DNA from: an uncultured delta proteobacterium | Lineage (GTDB): Bacteria > Myxococcota_A > Polyangia > Polyangiales > Polyangiaceae | DNA length: 64,000 nucleotides | Direction: 5' to 3' | Assembly (NCBI GenBank): GCA_963841435.1 | Contig: CAWJCS010000001.1 | Span: 224,001 to 288,000 of the forward strand | Part shown: positions 27,996 through 38,682 of the stretch, in pieces | How positions within the stretch are numbered: the first letter of the stretch is position 1 | Layout of the letters: the number at the start of each line of letters is the position of its first letter | Notes under the pieces: model-generated | The model's database searches: none | What the model was told of the DNA's origin: nothing | The model's input: the letters and a program-made list of their open reading frames with translations, nothing else | Position numbers and translations under genes: made by a program

Positions 27996-28958
27996 TCAGG
28001 CGAGTTCGGTGGGGCCGTGCGCCCGCAGCCACGCGAGAAGATCCCGAATGCTCGCGTGCGCCAGAGCGATCACGCTGTCGGCTGCGCCATAGTAGAGATT
28101 GAGCGTGTCACCGTCCGCCGCCACGGTGTAGCCGCAAGGAAAGACGACGTTCGGAACGTCACCTTCGCGCTCGTACGGGGCTTCGGGACCGAAGAGCCAG
28201 GGGCTGCCGCGCGCAATGCAGCGCTCGGGTTGGTCGAGCGCGAGCAGAGCCGCGCCGATCCGGTAGAGACTCCCCGACGCCGTGGTTCTGACCCCGTGAT
28301 AGAGCATGAGCCAGCCCTCTTTGGTCTCGATGAGCGGGGGCGAAAGGCCGACCTTGTTGGCGTCCCACCAGGAGCCCCGGCGCGCAGGGAGAACGAGCTT
28401 GTGCGTGCCCCAGTTGTGGAGATCGGGCGAGTACGAGATCCAAATGTGCGCCCCCGTGTCCGACATCGGCCGGTGAAGCAGGGCGAAGCTGCCGTCGATG
28501 CGCCGTGGCAGCAAGGCAGCGTCCTTGTCGTCGGGCTGCATGACGAGGCCGAAGCGCTCGAAGGTGCGAAAGTCCTGTGTGAGCGCGAGGGCCACGCCCG
28601 GCCCGCTGCGGCCGAACGCGGTGTAAGCGACGGCATACTTGCCGAGCTCCTCCATGTACGTGATGCGCGGATCCTCGATGCCCCAGAGCTCCTCGGGGAA
28701 CCCGTTCGGCGCGGGGCTGAGCGTCGGCTCCTCGTCGATCACGAAGCCATCGACGCCATTTTTGGAGCGAGCGGCGCTCAGATGAGAATGCCCGCGATGG
28801 TCCTCGACCCGGCAGAGCAAAAGGGTCGTGCCGTCGCGCAGCTTGGTGGCGGCGGCGTTGAACACGCTGTGGATGGGGTAGGGCCAGTCCGCGGCCGTGA
28901 GGATGGGGTTTGCCTCGTTCCGACGGAACAGGCCGGTTGGGCGGGGGGGACGCGTCAT
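27996..28958 (-). CDS. GH130-family glycosidase/phosphorylase (beta-propeller)
   Basis: ANPIL, VFNAAA, WGIEDPRIT, DDKDAALLP, LLHRP, WLMLYHG, NVVFPCG, YYGAADS. Confidence 0.92.
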   Translation of the reverse strand: MTRPPRPTGLFRRNEANPILTAADWPYPIHSVFNAAATKLRDGTTLLLCRVEDHRGHSHLSAARSKNGVDGFVIDEEPTLSPAPNGFPEELWGIEDPRITYMEELGKYAVAYTAFGRSGPGVALALTQDFRTFERFGLVMQPDDKDAALLPRRIDGSFALLHRPMSDTGAHIWISYSPDLHNWGTHKLVLPARRGSWWDANKVGLSPPLIETKEGWLMLYHGVRTTASGSLYRIGAALLALDQPERCIARGSPWLFGPEAPYEREGDVPNVVFPCGYTVAADGDTLNLYYGAADSVIALAHASIRDLLAWLRAHGPTELA

Positions 28959-31234
28959 GAGCGGTCCCCTGCCCGGGCGATGCGCGCGTAGCCCGAGCTT
29001 TGCATCTCGGTGAGAGCGAGCAAAAACGAGAGTGTCGACTCCGCGCCCTGGTTCTCGTTGGGGCGATCCGCGTGCAGCCCGTCGCGGCAACCGCCGGTCG
29101 CGCCGTCGTAAAGCGGACGCTGGAGGTGATTTTTCCCGAGGAACCAGTCGAAGGCGCGGCAGGCGTTCTCCGCCCAGATCGGTTGCCTCGTTACGCGCAG
29201 GGCGTCGAGGCTCGCCGAAACCATGCTCGCCGCCTCGACGGGCTGCTGGTCGAACTCCGCCTTCGGGCCGCCGCGCGCATAAAAGCCGTTCGAGCCGATC
29301 GGCGAAAAGAGGTCGCGATCGCTCGTCTGCTGTTGCACGAGCCAGCTCAGGGAATCGAGTCCGATGCGCGTGACCGGTTCGGAGCCCATGGCGCTGCCCG
29401 AGATGATCAGCGCCTGTGGCAGCCGAGCGTTCGAGTACGTGACCACGCTCTCGAACCACGTCCAGTCGGGAGCACTGGCCTTGTTGAAGAGCTCGACGAG
29501 CCGGTCCACGAGATCCTTTCTAACGAGCTGAACGCCGCTATCGCCCTCGAATACGTGCAGATACTCGGCGACACCGAGCAGGCCGTACGCCCACGCGCGC
29601 GGGCTCGTGAGCTTGACGAGCTCGGGCAACGCCGCCTTGAACAGGTCACGCCCCAGGCTGCTGCGGCCGGGGTCCCCCGTGCGGCCGATGGTCGCCCCGA
29701 GCGCCCAGACGGCGTGGCCGTGGCTATCGTCTGAGCCGAGGTCCTCGGTGAAGTTTCGCTCGTAGGACATGAAATTGCGGAAGCGCCCGCGCCGTGCGTC
29801 GAACGCATAGGCGACGAACGCGAGGTAGCGCGTGGCAAGCTCGCGAATCAGCCGCGGGTTGATGGTGCCGGAGCCTTCGAGGAAAGCGGTCAACAGCAAG
29901 GCCCGAGCATTGTCGTCGAGGCAGTAGCCTTCGGCGTAGAGCGGCGTGGAATACGTTGCGTGCTGCAGCAGCCCGGTTTGGTCCGTGAGCCGCTGCAGGT
30001 GATCCAGGTTGAGCTCGGGTAGGTCCGGCGGCGGGATGGCGCCGGGCAAGAGCGAGTGTCGGGTACGGCGTTCCTGCTCGTACGCCTTCTCGAAGCTCTC
30101 GAGATAAAGGCCGGCCACGACGGGCCACGACATACTCTCGCCGAGCTCCGCGGCGCGGCGGCCCAGGGCATCGCGCTTCGCGTCGTCCGAAAACAGCGAG
30201 TTGACCGCGCTCGCCAGCGCCACGGCGTCGCGGGTGGGAACGAGGACCCCGCGCGAGTCGCCGAGCAGCTCACGCGCGTGCCAGTAGGGCGTCGAGACCA
30301 CGGCCTTGCCGGCGGCGATCGCTCGCGCGAGCGTGCCGGAGGTGCTCTGCTCCGGATTCAAATAGGGAGTGACGTACACATCGGCCGCGGCCAGATAGTC
30401 GGCGAGCTCGGTGTCGGTCACGAATCGATCGTGGAAGGAGACGTGTGCGCTGACGCCAAGCCTGCGCGCCTGCGCGGTGAGCGACGTGCGGTAGGCCTCG
30501 CCGTCGCGCTCGCGCACGTGCGGGTGGGTCGCGCCGAGCACGACGAACACGGCGTCCGGGTGCTGCGCGAGGATGGCCGGCATGGCGTCGATCACGTATT
30601 CGAGCCCCTTGTCGGGCGAGAGCAGGCCGAACGTGAGGAGCACGCGCTTGTCCGCGAAACCGAGGCGCTCCTTGTTGCCAGGCACGCTCGTCGTGCTCGG
30701 AATGCCGTGCGGAATGACGTCGATGACGTTGTCGAAAACCCCGTGAAGCTCGCGCAGCGTCTGCCGACCGTGACTACTCATCACGACGACGCGCTCCGAG
30801 AGCGCAATGACCTCTTCCAGGCACCCGCGCTGCTCGGGCGTGGGCGCGGTCAGGATGGTGTGGAGCGTCGTCACGACGGGCATCTTGAGCTCGCGCAGCA
30901 GCGTGATGACGTGGCTGCCCGCCTCCCCGCCGAAGATGCCGTACTCGTGCTGCAGCGAGACGATGTTGACGGAGCTCGCATTCAGAAACTGGCCCGCACG
31001 CCGATAGCCGGCCAGCTCGGCCTCGTCGATCTCGAAGCGCACGCGCTCGGGGTAGATGTGGGACTGGCCGATGTCGTTCATGGCGACGACCTGGCAGTCC
31101 GCCTTCGGCGCGACGCCGGCGACGGCCGCGCTCAAATCCGACGTGAACGTCGCGATGCCGCAGCGGCGCGGCAGATGATTGCCGACGAACGCGAGCTTCT
31201 GAAGCGATCGGCGCCCCGGAGCACGAGCGGTCAA
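28955..31234 (-). CDS. GT4 glycosyltransferase fused to a C-terminal (alpha/alpha)6 glycosidase-like domain
   Basis: PRRCGIATF, LQHEYGIFGG, TFGLLSPDKG, STSGTLA; C-terminal GYCLDDNARAL, FDQQPVEA, NENQGAEST; TTG start overlaps the csbD stop. Confidence 0.92.
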   Translation of the reverse strand: MTARAPGRRSLQKLAFVGNHLPRRCGIATFTSDLSAAVAGVAPKADCQVVAMNDIGQSHIYPERVRFEIDEAELAGYRRAGQFLNASSVNIVSLQHEYGIFGGEAGSHVITLLRELKMPVVTTLHTILTAPTPEQRGCLEEVIALSERVVVMSSHGRQTLRELHGVFDNVIDVIPHGIPSTTSVPGNKERLGFADKRVLLTFGLLSPDKGLEYVIDAMPAILAQHPDAVFVVLGATHPHVRERDGEAYRTSLTAQARRLGVSAHVSFHDRFVTDTELADYLAAADVYVTPYLNPEQSTSGTLARAIAAGKAVVSTPYWHARELLGDSRGVLVPTRDAVALASAVNSLFSDDAKRDALGRRAAELGESMSWPVVAGLYLESFEKAYEQERRTRHSLLPGAIPPPDLPELNLDHLQRLTDQTGLLQHATYSTPLYAEGYCLDDNARALLLTAFLEGSGTINPRLIRELATRYLAFVAYAFDARRGRFRNFMSYERNFTEDLGSDDSHGHAVWALGATIGRTGDPGRSSLGRDLFKAALPELVKLTSPRAWAYGLLGVAEYLHVFEGDSGVQLVRKDLVDRLVELFNKASAPDWTWFESVVTYSNARLPQALIISGSAMGSEPVTRIGLDSLSWLVQQQTSDRDLFSPIGSNGFYARGGPKAEFDQQPVEAASMVSASLDALRVTRQPIWAENACRAFDWFLGKNHLQRPLYDGATGGCRDGLHADRPNENQGAESTLSFLLALTEMQSSGYARIARAGDRS

Positions 31235-31488
31235 GAGCCCTTACCTGCAGGCTGTTCTTCGGCTGGCGGCGCCCCCGACGCGCCGGGTGACTTCAGCGCG
31301 TCGACGAAGCGGTCGAGCTGCAGCTCGGCGTGCTTCTTCTGGATGCCGTAGTGGCGCTCGAGCGCCTCGACGAGTAGCTCGCGCTTGCCGCTCGGTGACG
31401 CGAGGTCCTCGTCGGTGAGCTTGTTCCACTTGTCCTTCAGCGAAGTGCCTAGCTTCGGCCACGCGCCTGCAACTTCTTCCCAGTTCAT
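31231..31488 (-). CDS. CsbD/YjbJ-like general stress protein
   Basis: MNWEEVAGAW..L...LKDKWNKLTDEDL....GKRELLV..L...YG; SD AGGAG. Confidence 0.85.
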   Translation of the reverse strand: MNWEEVAGAWPKLGTSLKDKWNKLTDEDLASPSGKRELLVEALERHYGIQKKHAELQLDRFVDALKSPGASGAPPAEEQPAGKGS

Positions 31489-31769
31489 TTCGGAATCTCC
31501 TGTGCGCGCCATCGCGGCTGCAAACGACGGCCGCCGCCGGCCGAAACCCGACCGAGCGCGGCACCCGAGGTCGGGCCCCATCGCCGAGTGGTGCTCGTTT
31601 TCGCCCGGAGCGCCTCGCGCTCGTCACGCGTGAAAAGCCGGGCCTGCGGATCCCGAAAACGAGAGGCGCGACCATAGCTCGCCACCCGGCCCCCGCACAC
31701 CCTTTCTTTTCGAGCGTCGCGACGCGACTCGACAATGGCGAGCAGTTCTCGTCTCTTGAGCCCGCGGCG

Positions 31770-32252
31770 CTAGCGCGCGCGCCACTCGTAGCGCACGAGC
31801 TGCGGCACGAAGCCCAGGCGGCGAAAAGCCGCCCGTGCGTCGCGATTGAACGACCACGAGGTGAGCTCCACGTCCGTCACTTGGGCGAGGCGCGCCTGCT
31901 CGAGCACCCTTCCGACGAGCGCGCGTCCCACGCCCCGGCGCCGGTGCGACGCGCAAACTCCCACCTGGTCGAGCTCCCACCAGACTCGCTCGGGGCAGAA
32001 CGGCCCGTGCGCCCGTTCGCGCATCATCACGACCGCGTAGCCGACGAGCGTGCCGTCGATCTCCGCGAGCCAAACGCGCGCTGCCGGGCTCGCGAGGTGC
32101 TGCCGGAGCCACGCTTCGACCTCGCCCGGCTCACCCGGCTTGAAGCGATCGGGGCGGCTGGCGACGTGCAGGGCGTGCACCTCGGCGTTGAGCACGACGA
32201 GCGCCGCCACGTCCTCCTCGACGGCGAGGCGGATCGAAGCGGGGGCGAGCAC
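31770..32252 (-). CDS. GNAT N-acetyltransferase
   Basis: VWLAEIDGTLVGY, GVCASHRRRGVGRAL, FNRDARAAFRRLGF. Confidence 0.9.
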   Translation of the reverse strand: MLAPASIRLAVEEDVAALVVLNAEVHALHVASRPDRFKPGEPGEVEAWLRQHLASPAARVWLAEIDGTLVGYAVVMMRERAHGPFCPERVWWELDQVGVCASHRRRGVGRALVGRVLEQARLAQVTDVELTSWSFNRDARAAFRRLGFVPQLVRYEWRAR

Positions 32253-32438
32253 GCCGACAGCGTAGACCGCGGCAGGGCGAAAGTCGCGAAACGACCCGGA
32301 AAGGGCTGCCCACCCCTCCGTCCGTGCTCGCCGCTTCGCGGCTGCGCGCGGGCGGCCCCTCCCCGACGCTCGCGGACTCGCGTGGGAGGGGAAAGAATGC
32401 GCATTCACGCCCCTTCTTGCAGCTGCTACGGCCCGTGC

Positions 32439-33743
32439 ATGGGTTCCACGCCGCCGCAGGGGCCGAGGGGGCGCTTTTTCACGACGCTGGCCACCGCGCG
32501 CGATCCGTACGGCTCGACAGAGCGCTGGCGCGCCGAATTCGGCCGGACATTTCGTTCCCACGTCATGACCGGCGAGTACGTCGTGACGGGCGAGCCCGAG
32601 GTCGTGCGCGACGTGTTCCGCACCGATCCCGGCTTTCTCTTGCCGACCGGTGAGGTGCTCGAGCCGTTGCTCGGCACGCGCTCTCTGTTTTCGCTCGACC
32701 CGGCGGAGCATGCCCGCGAGCGCAAGCTCTTGATGCCGCCGTTCCACGGCAGCCGCATGCGCGCGTACGCAGGCACGGTGCGCGCCACGGCCGAGCGCCG
32801 CTCTTCGGGCTGGACGCCGGGCACTACGGTGCGGGCGCTCGACGAGTGCCGCAGCATCTCGGCCGAGGTGATCGTGCGCGCGGTGTTCGGCGTGCAGGAC
32901 GAGGAGCGCGTTGGCCGCTACCTCGCGCTCATCGCTCGCTGGGTCAACGCCTGGAAGCCCGTCTTCATCCTGTTCCCCTTCACGCAGAAGAAGCTCTTCG
33001 GCCTCTCGCCGTGGGCGCGCTTCGTCGCCGCGGGCGCCGAGCTCGATCAGATGTTGGAGGAGGACATCACCGAGCGGCGCACGTCGGGCGAGCGCGGCGA
33101 GGACATCCTGAGCCTGTTGCTCGACAGCACGTACGAGGACGGCTCGCCCCTCACGAACACGTCGATCCGCTCGCACCTTCGCACGCTGCTCTTCGGCGGC
33201 CACGAAACGACGATGATCGCCATCGCCTGGACGCTCCATTTCCTGCACGCGGACCCGGCGGCCCTCGAGCGCACCCGCGCCGTCATCGACGCCCCCCTCG
33301 AGCAGCTCATGCAAGACGAGTGGCTCGACGCGGTGGTGCAGGAAGCCGTGCGACCCCGTCCGATCATCCTCGGCATCACGCGCGAGCTCGGCGAGGCGGC
33401 GACGCTCGGCGGTTACGACGTTCCCGCTGGGTCGCGCCTCTTCATCTCGATCGCCATGCTGCACACCGACCCGGAGCTCTACCCCGAGCCCCATCGGTTC
33501 CGTCCCGAGCGCTTCCTCGAGAAGAAGCCGAAGCCGTGGGAGTACCTGCCGTTCGGCGGCGGGCACCGGCGCTGCCTCGGCGCAGCGTTCGCGCAGTTCG
33601 AGGCCAAGATCGTGGTCGCCACGTTCCTCTCGCTGATGCGCTTCGAGCTCGTCGGCCCGAAAAGCCTCGCGACGGTGCGCCGCAATCTCTCGATGGCGCC
33701 CGCGAGCGGCGTGCCGCTGCGCGTGACCGAACGGCTAGCGTAG
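32439..33743 (+). CDS. Cytochrome P450
   Basis: GGHETT (I helix), EAVR (ExxR), FRPERF, FGGGHRRCLG heme ligand. Confidence 0.97.
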   Translation: MGSTPPQGPRGRFFTTLATARDPYGSTERWRAEFGRTFRSHVMTGEYVVTGEPEVVRDVFRTDPGFLLPTGEVLEPLLGTRSLFSLDPAEHARERKLLMPPFHGSRMRAYAGTVRATAERRSSGWTPGTTVRALDECRSISAEVIVRAVFGVQDEERVGRYLALIARWVNAWKPVFILFPFTQKKLFGLSPWARFVAAGAELDQMLEEDITERRTSGERGEDILSLLLDSTYEDGSPLTNTSIRSHLRTLLFGGHETTMIAIAWTLHFLHADPAALERTRAVIDAPLEQLMQDEWLDAVVQEAVRPRPIILGITRELGEAATLGGYDVPAGSRLFISIAMLHTDPELYPEPHRFRPERFLEKKPKPWEYLPFGGGHRRCLGAAFAQFEAKIVVATFLSLMRFELVGPKSLATVRRNLSMAPASGVPLRVTERLA

Positions 33744-33755
33744 CCGGGACGTTCC

Positions 33756-33779
33756 GCCGGCCCTTCGAGCCGGCTTTTT
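33756..33779 (+). terminator. Rho-independent terminator after P450
   Basis: GCCGGC-N7-GCCGGC followed by TTTTT. Confidence 0.65.
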
Positions 33780-33897
33780 CGGCGGATCCGAGCTAAGCTT
33801 CAAAGTGACCATGGACGAGGGCCAACTCAGCGTCGCCGTTTCCTTAGCAGAGCGGGAGCAGCTGCTCATTCGCGCGGCATCGGGCTACTCTGGCGTG

Positions 33898-34380
33898 ATG
33901 AGCCCGCTGCCCGACAAGCTGAGTGCTTTGCGCGCAGCCGTGCGCGCTCTGGCGGCGGCGGGCGCGTCCCACGCGCTCATTGGCGGGCTAGCCGTTGGGA
34001 TCCGCAGCGGCATTCCGCGAGCCACGCTCGACGTGGACATTGCGGTGTCGACCGGTGCCGACCGCAGTGTGCTCATCGAGCGTCTGCGAGGCGAGGGCTT
34101 CTCGCTGGTCGGCGAATTCGCCCACAGCATCAACTTCCGGCACGCGAGCGGTGAGCCACTCCAGCTCGCGTTCGACGAGCCGTTCGACGCGATGATCGCT
34201 CGAGCGGAGCGTGTCACCGTGGGCGATTTCTCGATCCCCGTGGTCACCCGGGAGGACCTCATCGCCATGAAGCGGCGCGCCGCCGCGGATCCCGCGCGGC
34301 GGCGGAGCAAGGCTCTGCGCGATCAAGCCGACATCGCCCTCCTCGAGGGCGACGTGCCCGACGACGACGAAGGCTGGTAG
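33898..34380 (+). CDS. Nucleotidyltransferase (AbiEii/DUF6036-like, pol-beta superfamily)
   Basis: ALIGGLAV...PRATLDVDIAV; VVTREDLIAMK...RDQADI. Confidence 0.8.
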   Translation: MSPLPDKLSALRAAVRALAAAGASHALIGGLAVGIRSGIPRATLDVDIAVSTGADRSVLIERLRGEGFSLVGEFAHSINFRHASGEPLQLAFDEPFDAMIARAERVTVGDFSIPVVTREDLIAMKRRAAADPARRRSKALRDQADIALLEGDVPDDDEGW

Positions 34381-34402
34381 CTCACACCGAACGGAGGCGC
34401 TC

Positions 34403-35619
34403 ATGAAGCTGGTAGGGGTGGTCGGATGGGTCGGCATGTCGTGCTTGGTCATGCCCGGCGCGGCAAAAGCCTGCGGCGGCGGTGGCGTGGTGAGCTCGAC
34501 GGGGAGCGTCGGCGCGAACGCCCAGCGCGTCTTCCTCTCGTTGCACGGCGACGGCGTTGCCGGTGGGCCGGCGATGACGGACGTGGTCGTGCAAATTGCC
34601 GTACCCAGCACGACCTCCGACTATGGAGCCCTGCTGCCGCTTCCCCTGGAGCCGAAGCTCGATACCATCCCGGTGGCGGTCGAGGACTTCGATGCGCTCG
34701 ACGAGGCGACGGCCCCGCAGATCCTCACGGTCGAGGGGTCCGATGGCGGCTTCAGTTGCGGCTGCGTCGCGGGCAGCGCCGCGGACACGAAAAGCTCGAG
34801 CGCTCGCGTGAGCGCTCCGGTGGCCATCGGCCCCGTCACCGCGACCGTGCTCACGGGCACGACCGTCGCCGTCAACGACTGGCTGACCGAGAACGGGTTT
34901 GCCATCTCGGACGCGGATCGAGCGACCATCGAAGACTATGCTGGGTACTACTTCGTTGCGATCAAGCGGGGCGACACGACGGCTCCCGGCGGCCCGTCGA
35001 GCATCGGCATCCATTTCACGATGATGGACGACCACCGGAGCTGCCGCTTCACTTCGCGAGCATCGGGGCGGCGCCGACCGTCGCCTTCACGGTCTTTATC
35101 GCTTCCAGCGACCTCGTCGGCCCCTCGCCTCCCTTCGTGCCGCTCACGCTGAACGATCTCGACGGTGACGTGTTGCGGTCCGGCGGCTACGCGACGGCCG
35201 TTCGGCAGGCGGTGCATGCTCACGGAGAGCGAGCTTTCGTGCTCGAATCCCGGACGGAACGCGCCGATCTCCCGGAGGCCTCGCGGTTGGTTGCGATGAT
35301 CAACCCAGGAGCAACGCTCACACGCATGAGCACCATCGTGCCCGCCCAGGCGCTCACGGACGACGCGCACTTCGACACGCCCTACCCCGACTTCGTCCCG
35401 AACGAGCGCTACGCCTCGGCGACGCCCGTGGTCCGCTCGCGTGACGCAGGCATCGGTGCGCTCGCCGCGCTGCTGCTCGTCGGCGGCTTTCGGAGGCGGC
35501 AACGAGCCCGCGCTCGGCCAGCTCGAGCCGCCGATGGCTCGGTGAATCTCGAAGCGCTGCACGGGTTGGAGTACGATCGGGCGCTTGCTGAGGCTTCCGA
35601 CGTGGATTGCGACCGCTGA
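34403..35619 (+). pseudogene. DUF2330-like exported protein, frameshifted near 35038
   Basis: Signal peptide AKA-CGG, WLTENGFAI, YFVAIK; continues in another frame as ELPLHFASIGAAP...TLTRMST...TM-RRR. Confidence 0.7.
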
Positions 35620-37120
35620 AGCGACGCTCGACGAGCGCGGGCTCGGGGCGGGTCGCATCGCGCTCGCGCTGGTCTTGCTCGTGGATCTGGCGAGGCGGCT
35701 GACGGCGGTCTCGCTCTGGTACTCGAACGACGGCCTCCTACCCAATCACACCGTGCTCTGGGCGCCCACGCTCGATCCGGTCTTTTCGCCCTTCTTCAAC
35801 GCGTCGCACACCCACGAAGCGGTGCTGCTCATGGTTGCCTGCTCGGTGCCGTACCTCGCCCTCCTGGTCGGGTACCGAACGCGCCTCGCGCAGCTGCTCT
35901 CCTTCGTCGCGGTGCTCAGCTTGCACGGCCGCGTCGTGTTTCTCGAAACCGGAGGCGACGCCGTGCTCGGCGACCTCGTCCTTTGGACCCTGTTCTTGCC
36001 GCTCGGTCAACGCTTCTCGCTGGACGCCCTCGCGTTGCGCCGCTCCGGTGCAGCGAGCCCGAGCATCGGGAGCGCCGACGTCACCGACTGGGCTTGCTTC
36101 GCGCTGAAGCTGCAGCTCGCCGTCATCTACTTCTTCAACGCAATGCAGAAGAATGGCCCGCTGTGGCAGAGTGGGCTCGCCGTTCACTACGCGCTGCAGC
36201 TCGATTCGACGGTCACGGGCCTCGGCGTCTTCTTGCGAAACCACATGACGCGCGGCCTTTCCGCCATCCTGACCCATGGAGCTCGGCTGGCCGAGGGGGT
36301 GGTGCCCGCCTTGCTGCTGTTGCCGTCGCGTCGCGGTGGCCCGCTTCTCATCGCTGTGGCTCTCGTCGTTCCGCTCCACGTCGGCTTCGCGCTTTTCATG
36401 AATCTCGGCCTGTTTTCGGCCGTCATGGTCGCGTACGCCGTGTTTCTCGTCCCGGGCCTGGCATGGGACTTCGTCGAGCGTCGGGTCGGCGCCTCTGCAC
36501 TCGCGCGGCACGTCAGATCGGTCGCCGAGCTCGTCGCCGCTCGACTACCCCGACCCACCTCCCCGCGGGCAGTCCTTGCGGAACGGCCGAGGAAAATCGC
36601 CAAACATGCCTTGCTGCTCGTTGTCGCCGCTCTCGCGTACACTGAGCTCGGTGTCGAAAACCCTGGCCTCCCGCGGTCCCTCAGGCTGCCGCAACCGGCT
36701 CTCGCGCGTGCGCTCGTCAGCTACCTGCAGCTCTTTCAGGGTTGGACCATGTTCGCTCCCGATCCACCCAGAATAGACTATGCGATCAGCGTGGATGCGC
36801 TGACCGCCGACGGGCGCCACATCGACCCGCTGAACGAAGCCTTTCGCCCTGGTCGCGCGCCGCCCACGACGCCGATCCCAGCGCAACTCGGCTACGACGA
36901 CTTTGCCAACCGCTACCTCAATCAGATCGAGGCGACGGCCGCCTACCACAGAGCTCTTGGCGAATGGATCCTGCGTTACCCCGAGCGCACCGGGCGGCGA
37001 GAAGATCGCATCGTGTCGTTTACCGTGCGCGCGCTCGAGGACGAGAGCCCACCGCCCGGGTTGCGCGCTTCGTCGAACCCGCGGAGCCGTCCCTTCCTCC
37101 GCTACCCGGACGACGGTTGA
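35585..37120 (+). CDS. HTTM-domain (vitamin K-dependent gamma-carboxylase-like) membrane protein
   Basis: WYSNDGLLP, LVGYRTR, LPLGQRFSLD, LQLAVIYFF, W.SGLAV.YAL, QGWTMFAP. Confidence 0.8.
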   Translation: MLRLPTWIATAEATLDERGLGAGRIALALVLLVDLARRLTAVSLWYSNDGLLPNHTVLWAPTLDPVFSPFFNASHTHEAVLLMVACSVPYLALLVGYRTRLAQLLSFVAVLSLHGRVVFLETGGDAVLGDLVLWTLFLPLGQRFSLDALALRRSGAASPSIGSADVTDWACFALKLQLAVIYFFNAMQKNGPLWQSGLAVHYALQLDSTVTGLGVFLRNHMTRGLSAILTHGARLAEGVVPALLLLPSRRGGPLLIAVALVVPLHVGFALFMNLGLFSAVMVAYAVFLVPGLAWDFVERRVGASALARHVRSVAELVAARLPRPTSPRAVLAERPRKIAKHALLLVVAALAYTELGVENPGLPRSLRLPQPALARALVSYLQLFQGWTMFAPDPPRIDYAISVDALTADGRHIDPLNEAFRPGRAPPTTPIPAQLGYDDFANRYLNQIEATAAYHRALGEWILRYPERTGRREDRIVSFTVRALEDESPPPGLRASSNPRSRPFLRYPDDG

Positions 37121-37168
37121 GGGGCGGGATACTGGCGGTACGCAGGCGGCGACGCAGGCAAATTCGAG

Positions 37169-38557
37169 CTACGGGCAGGTGCACGCCATGGGCGCGCTCC
37201 CCGTGTTGAAGGGCACGAGGGGGTTTGCAAGGTAGAAATCCGCCGAGTTGGCGTGGGTCCACGTGCAGCCTCTGCCGAGAGACCTGAGCGTCTGCGTGGG
37301 CTGGGTCGGCGCGGGCGCGGGCGTTCCCTCGAGCGAGAGTGATGTCGTCCCGTAGGACAGGCCGCTCACGATCTTCCACGGACCCGAGCCGCTGAGCGGC
37401 TGGGTGCCGACGGTGAGCGCGACGAGCCCACCCGCCGTCGGCAGATTGGCATTGCTGACCAAGTCCGCGCCGGGGAGCGCCGTGCCCGTCACCTGGTTGT
37501 CGCGCCCGAGGACGACGGCGTAGAAGCCGCTCGGCGGGATGGTGCCCGTGAGGGGAATCACCGTCCATGCGCCGGAAGCCGCGCCGTCGTTCAGCTGAAG
37601 CGCGACCCCGTCGAGCACGAGCGTGCTCGCCTCGCGGTTGTGGAGCTCCACGAAGTCGTTGTTCGGCTGGTACTGATTGAGCCCGCCCGCTGCGTAAAGG
37701 ACGCTAATGGTGAGCGGCGGGTCACACGATGCCTGGGCGAACTGCGCGGGCGTCAGCACCGAGAAGCGCGTGGTCATGAAGTGCAGGCTCGTCGCGTCGG
37801 CAACCGGCCAGGCGACGTTCTCCCAGCTCGTATCGGACTCGTCGTCGAGACGGAGCACGGCGGGGCGCGCGGGCTCCATCGCGCTCGTGTGGTGGAGCAC
37901 GACCTCCACCGGCTGCGCGAACGTGAGGCCATGCGGCAAGAGCGCGACCGTGGGACCGATGCCCTCGAACTCCGACGGCACGTCCGCCACCGTCGAAGGC
38001 TCGACAGTCGCAATGCGGATGGTCGTCGACACCGACACCGCTCCGGGCGGAACGATCACCGTCGTCGTGCCGTCGGTGATCATGCCGCCGCCCTCCGGCG
38101 TGACGACACCGCTCGTCTCGACCGCCGCGCCCCCCTCACCACCGGCCCCGGCGTCCATCCCACTGCTGCCCGCCTCCGTGCCACCGCTTCCGCCTCCCAA
38201 TCCACCGCGCCCAGCGCCCGAGCCCCCGAGCGCCCCGGACCCGCTCTCGCCCGCCGTCCCGGCCTCGCCAATCGTTCCGCCCGTTCCAGCGCGCCCGCCG
38301 CCCCCGCCGGTACCGGAACTGGCGCCACTGCTCCCGCCGGTGCTGCTCCCGCCGGTGCTGCTCCCGCCGGTACTGCTCCCGCCGGTACTGCTCCCGCCGG
38401 TACTGCTCCCGCCGCTTCCCGCGCGTCCCGCCATGCCAGCAGCCACGCCGCCAGCAGCCACGCCACCGGCGTCGTCGTCATCGGAGCACGACGCCAAAAG
38501 CGCGGCAGAGAGCGTGAACGCAATAAGACCGGTTCTAAGCATCGACGGTTCTCGCAT
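37169..38557 (-). CDS. Lipoprotein: Gly-rich linker, ZU5-like domain, lamin-tail-like domain
   Basis: LASC lipobox; VTPEGG...VIVPPGAV...LLPHGLTFAQPVEV; ISVLYAAGG...NDFVELHN. Confidence 0.75.
   Translation of the reverse strand: MREPSMLRTGLIAFTLSAALLASCSDDDDAGGVAAGGVAAGMAGRAGSGGSSTGGSSTGGSSTGGSSTGGSSTGGSSGASSGTGGGGGRAGTGGTIGEAGTAGESGSGALGGSGAGRGGLGGGSGGTEAGSSGMDAGAGGEGGAAVETSGVVTPEGGGMITDGTTTVIVPPGAVSVSTTIRIATVEPSTVADVPSEFEGIGPTVALLPHGLTFAQPVEVVLHHTSAMEPARPAVLRLDDESDTSWENVAWPVADATSLHFMTTRFSVLTPAQFAQASCDPPLTISVLYAAGGLNQYQPNNDFVELHNREASTLVLDGVALQLNDGAASGAWTVIPLTGTIPPSGFYAVVLGRDNQVTGTALPGADLVSNANLPTAGGLVALTVGTQPLSGSGPWKIVSGLSYGTTSLSLEGTPAPAPTQPTQTLRSLGRGCTWTHANSADFYLANPLVPFNTGSAPMACTCP
38328..38414. 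repeat. 15-bp in-frame repeat, about 6 copies (TGGSS)
   Basis: CTGCTCCCGCCGGT(G/A) units. Confidence 0.9.
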
Positions 38558-38682
38558 CTTCGAACAATCCTTTCCGGCAGGGCTCTACGCCCTGTCCGCC
38601 CTGCTCCTCGTCCACCACACCCGTGATGCGGCGTCCATAGGTTGATCTTCCGGCTCCAGGCCACGAATCCCCATGCGCGGCG

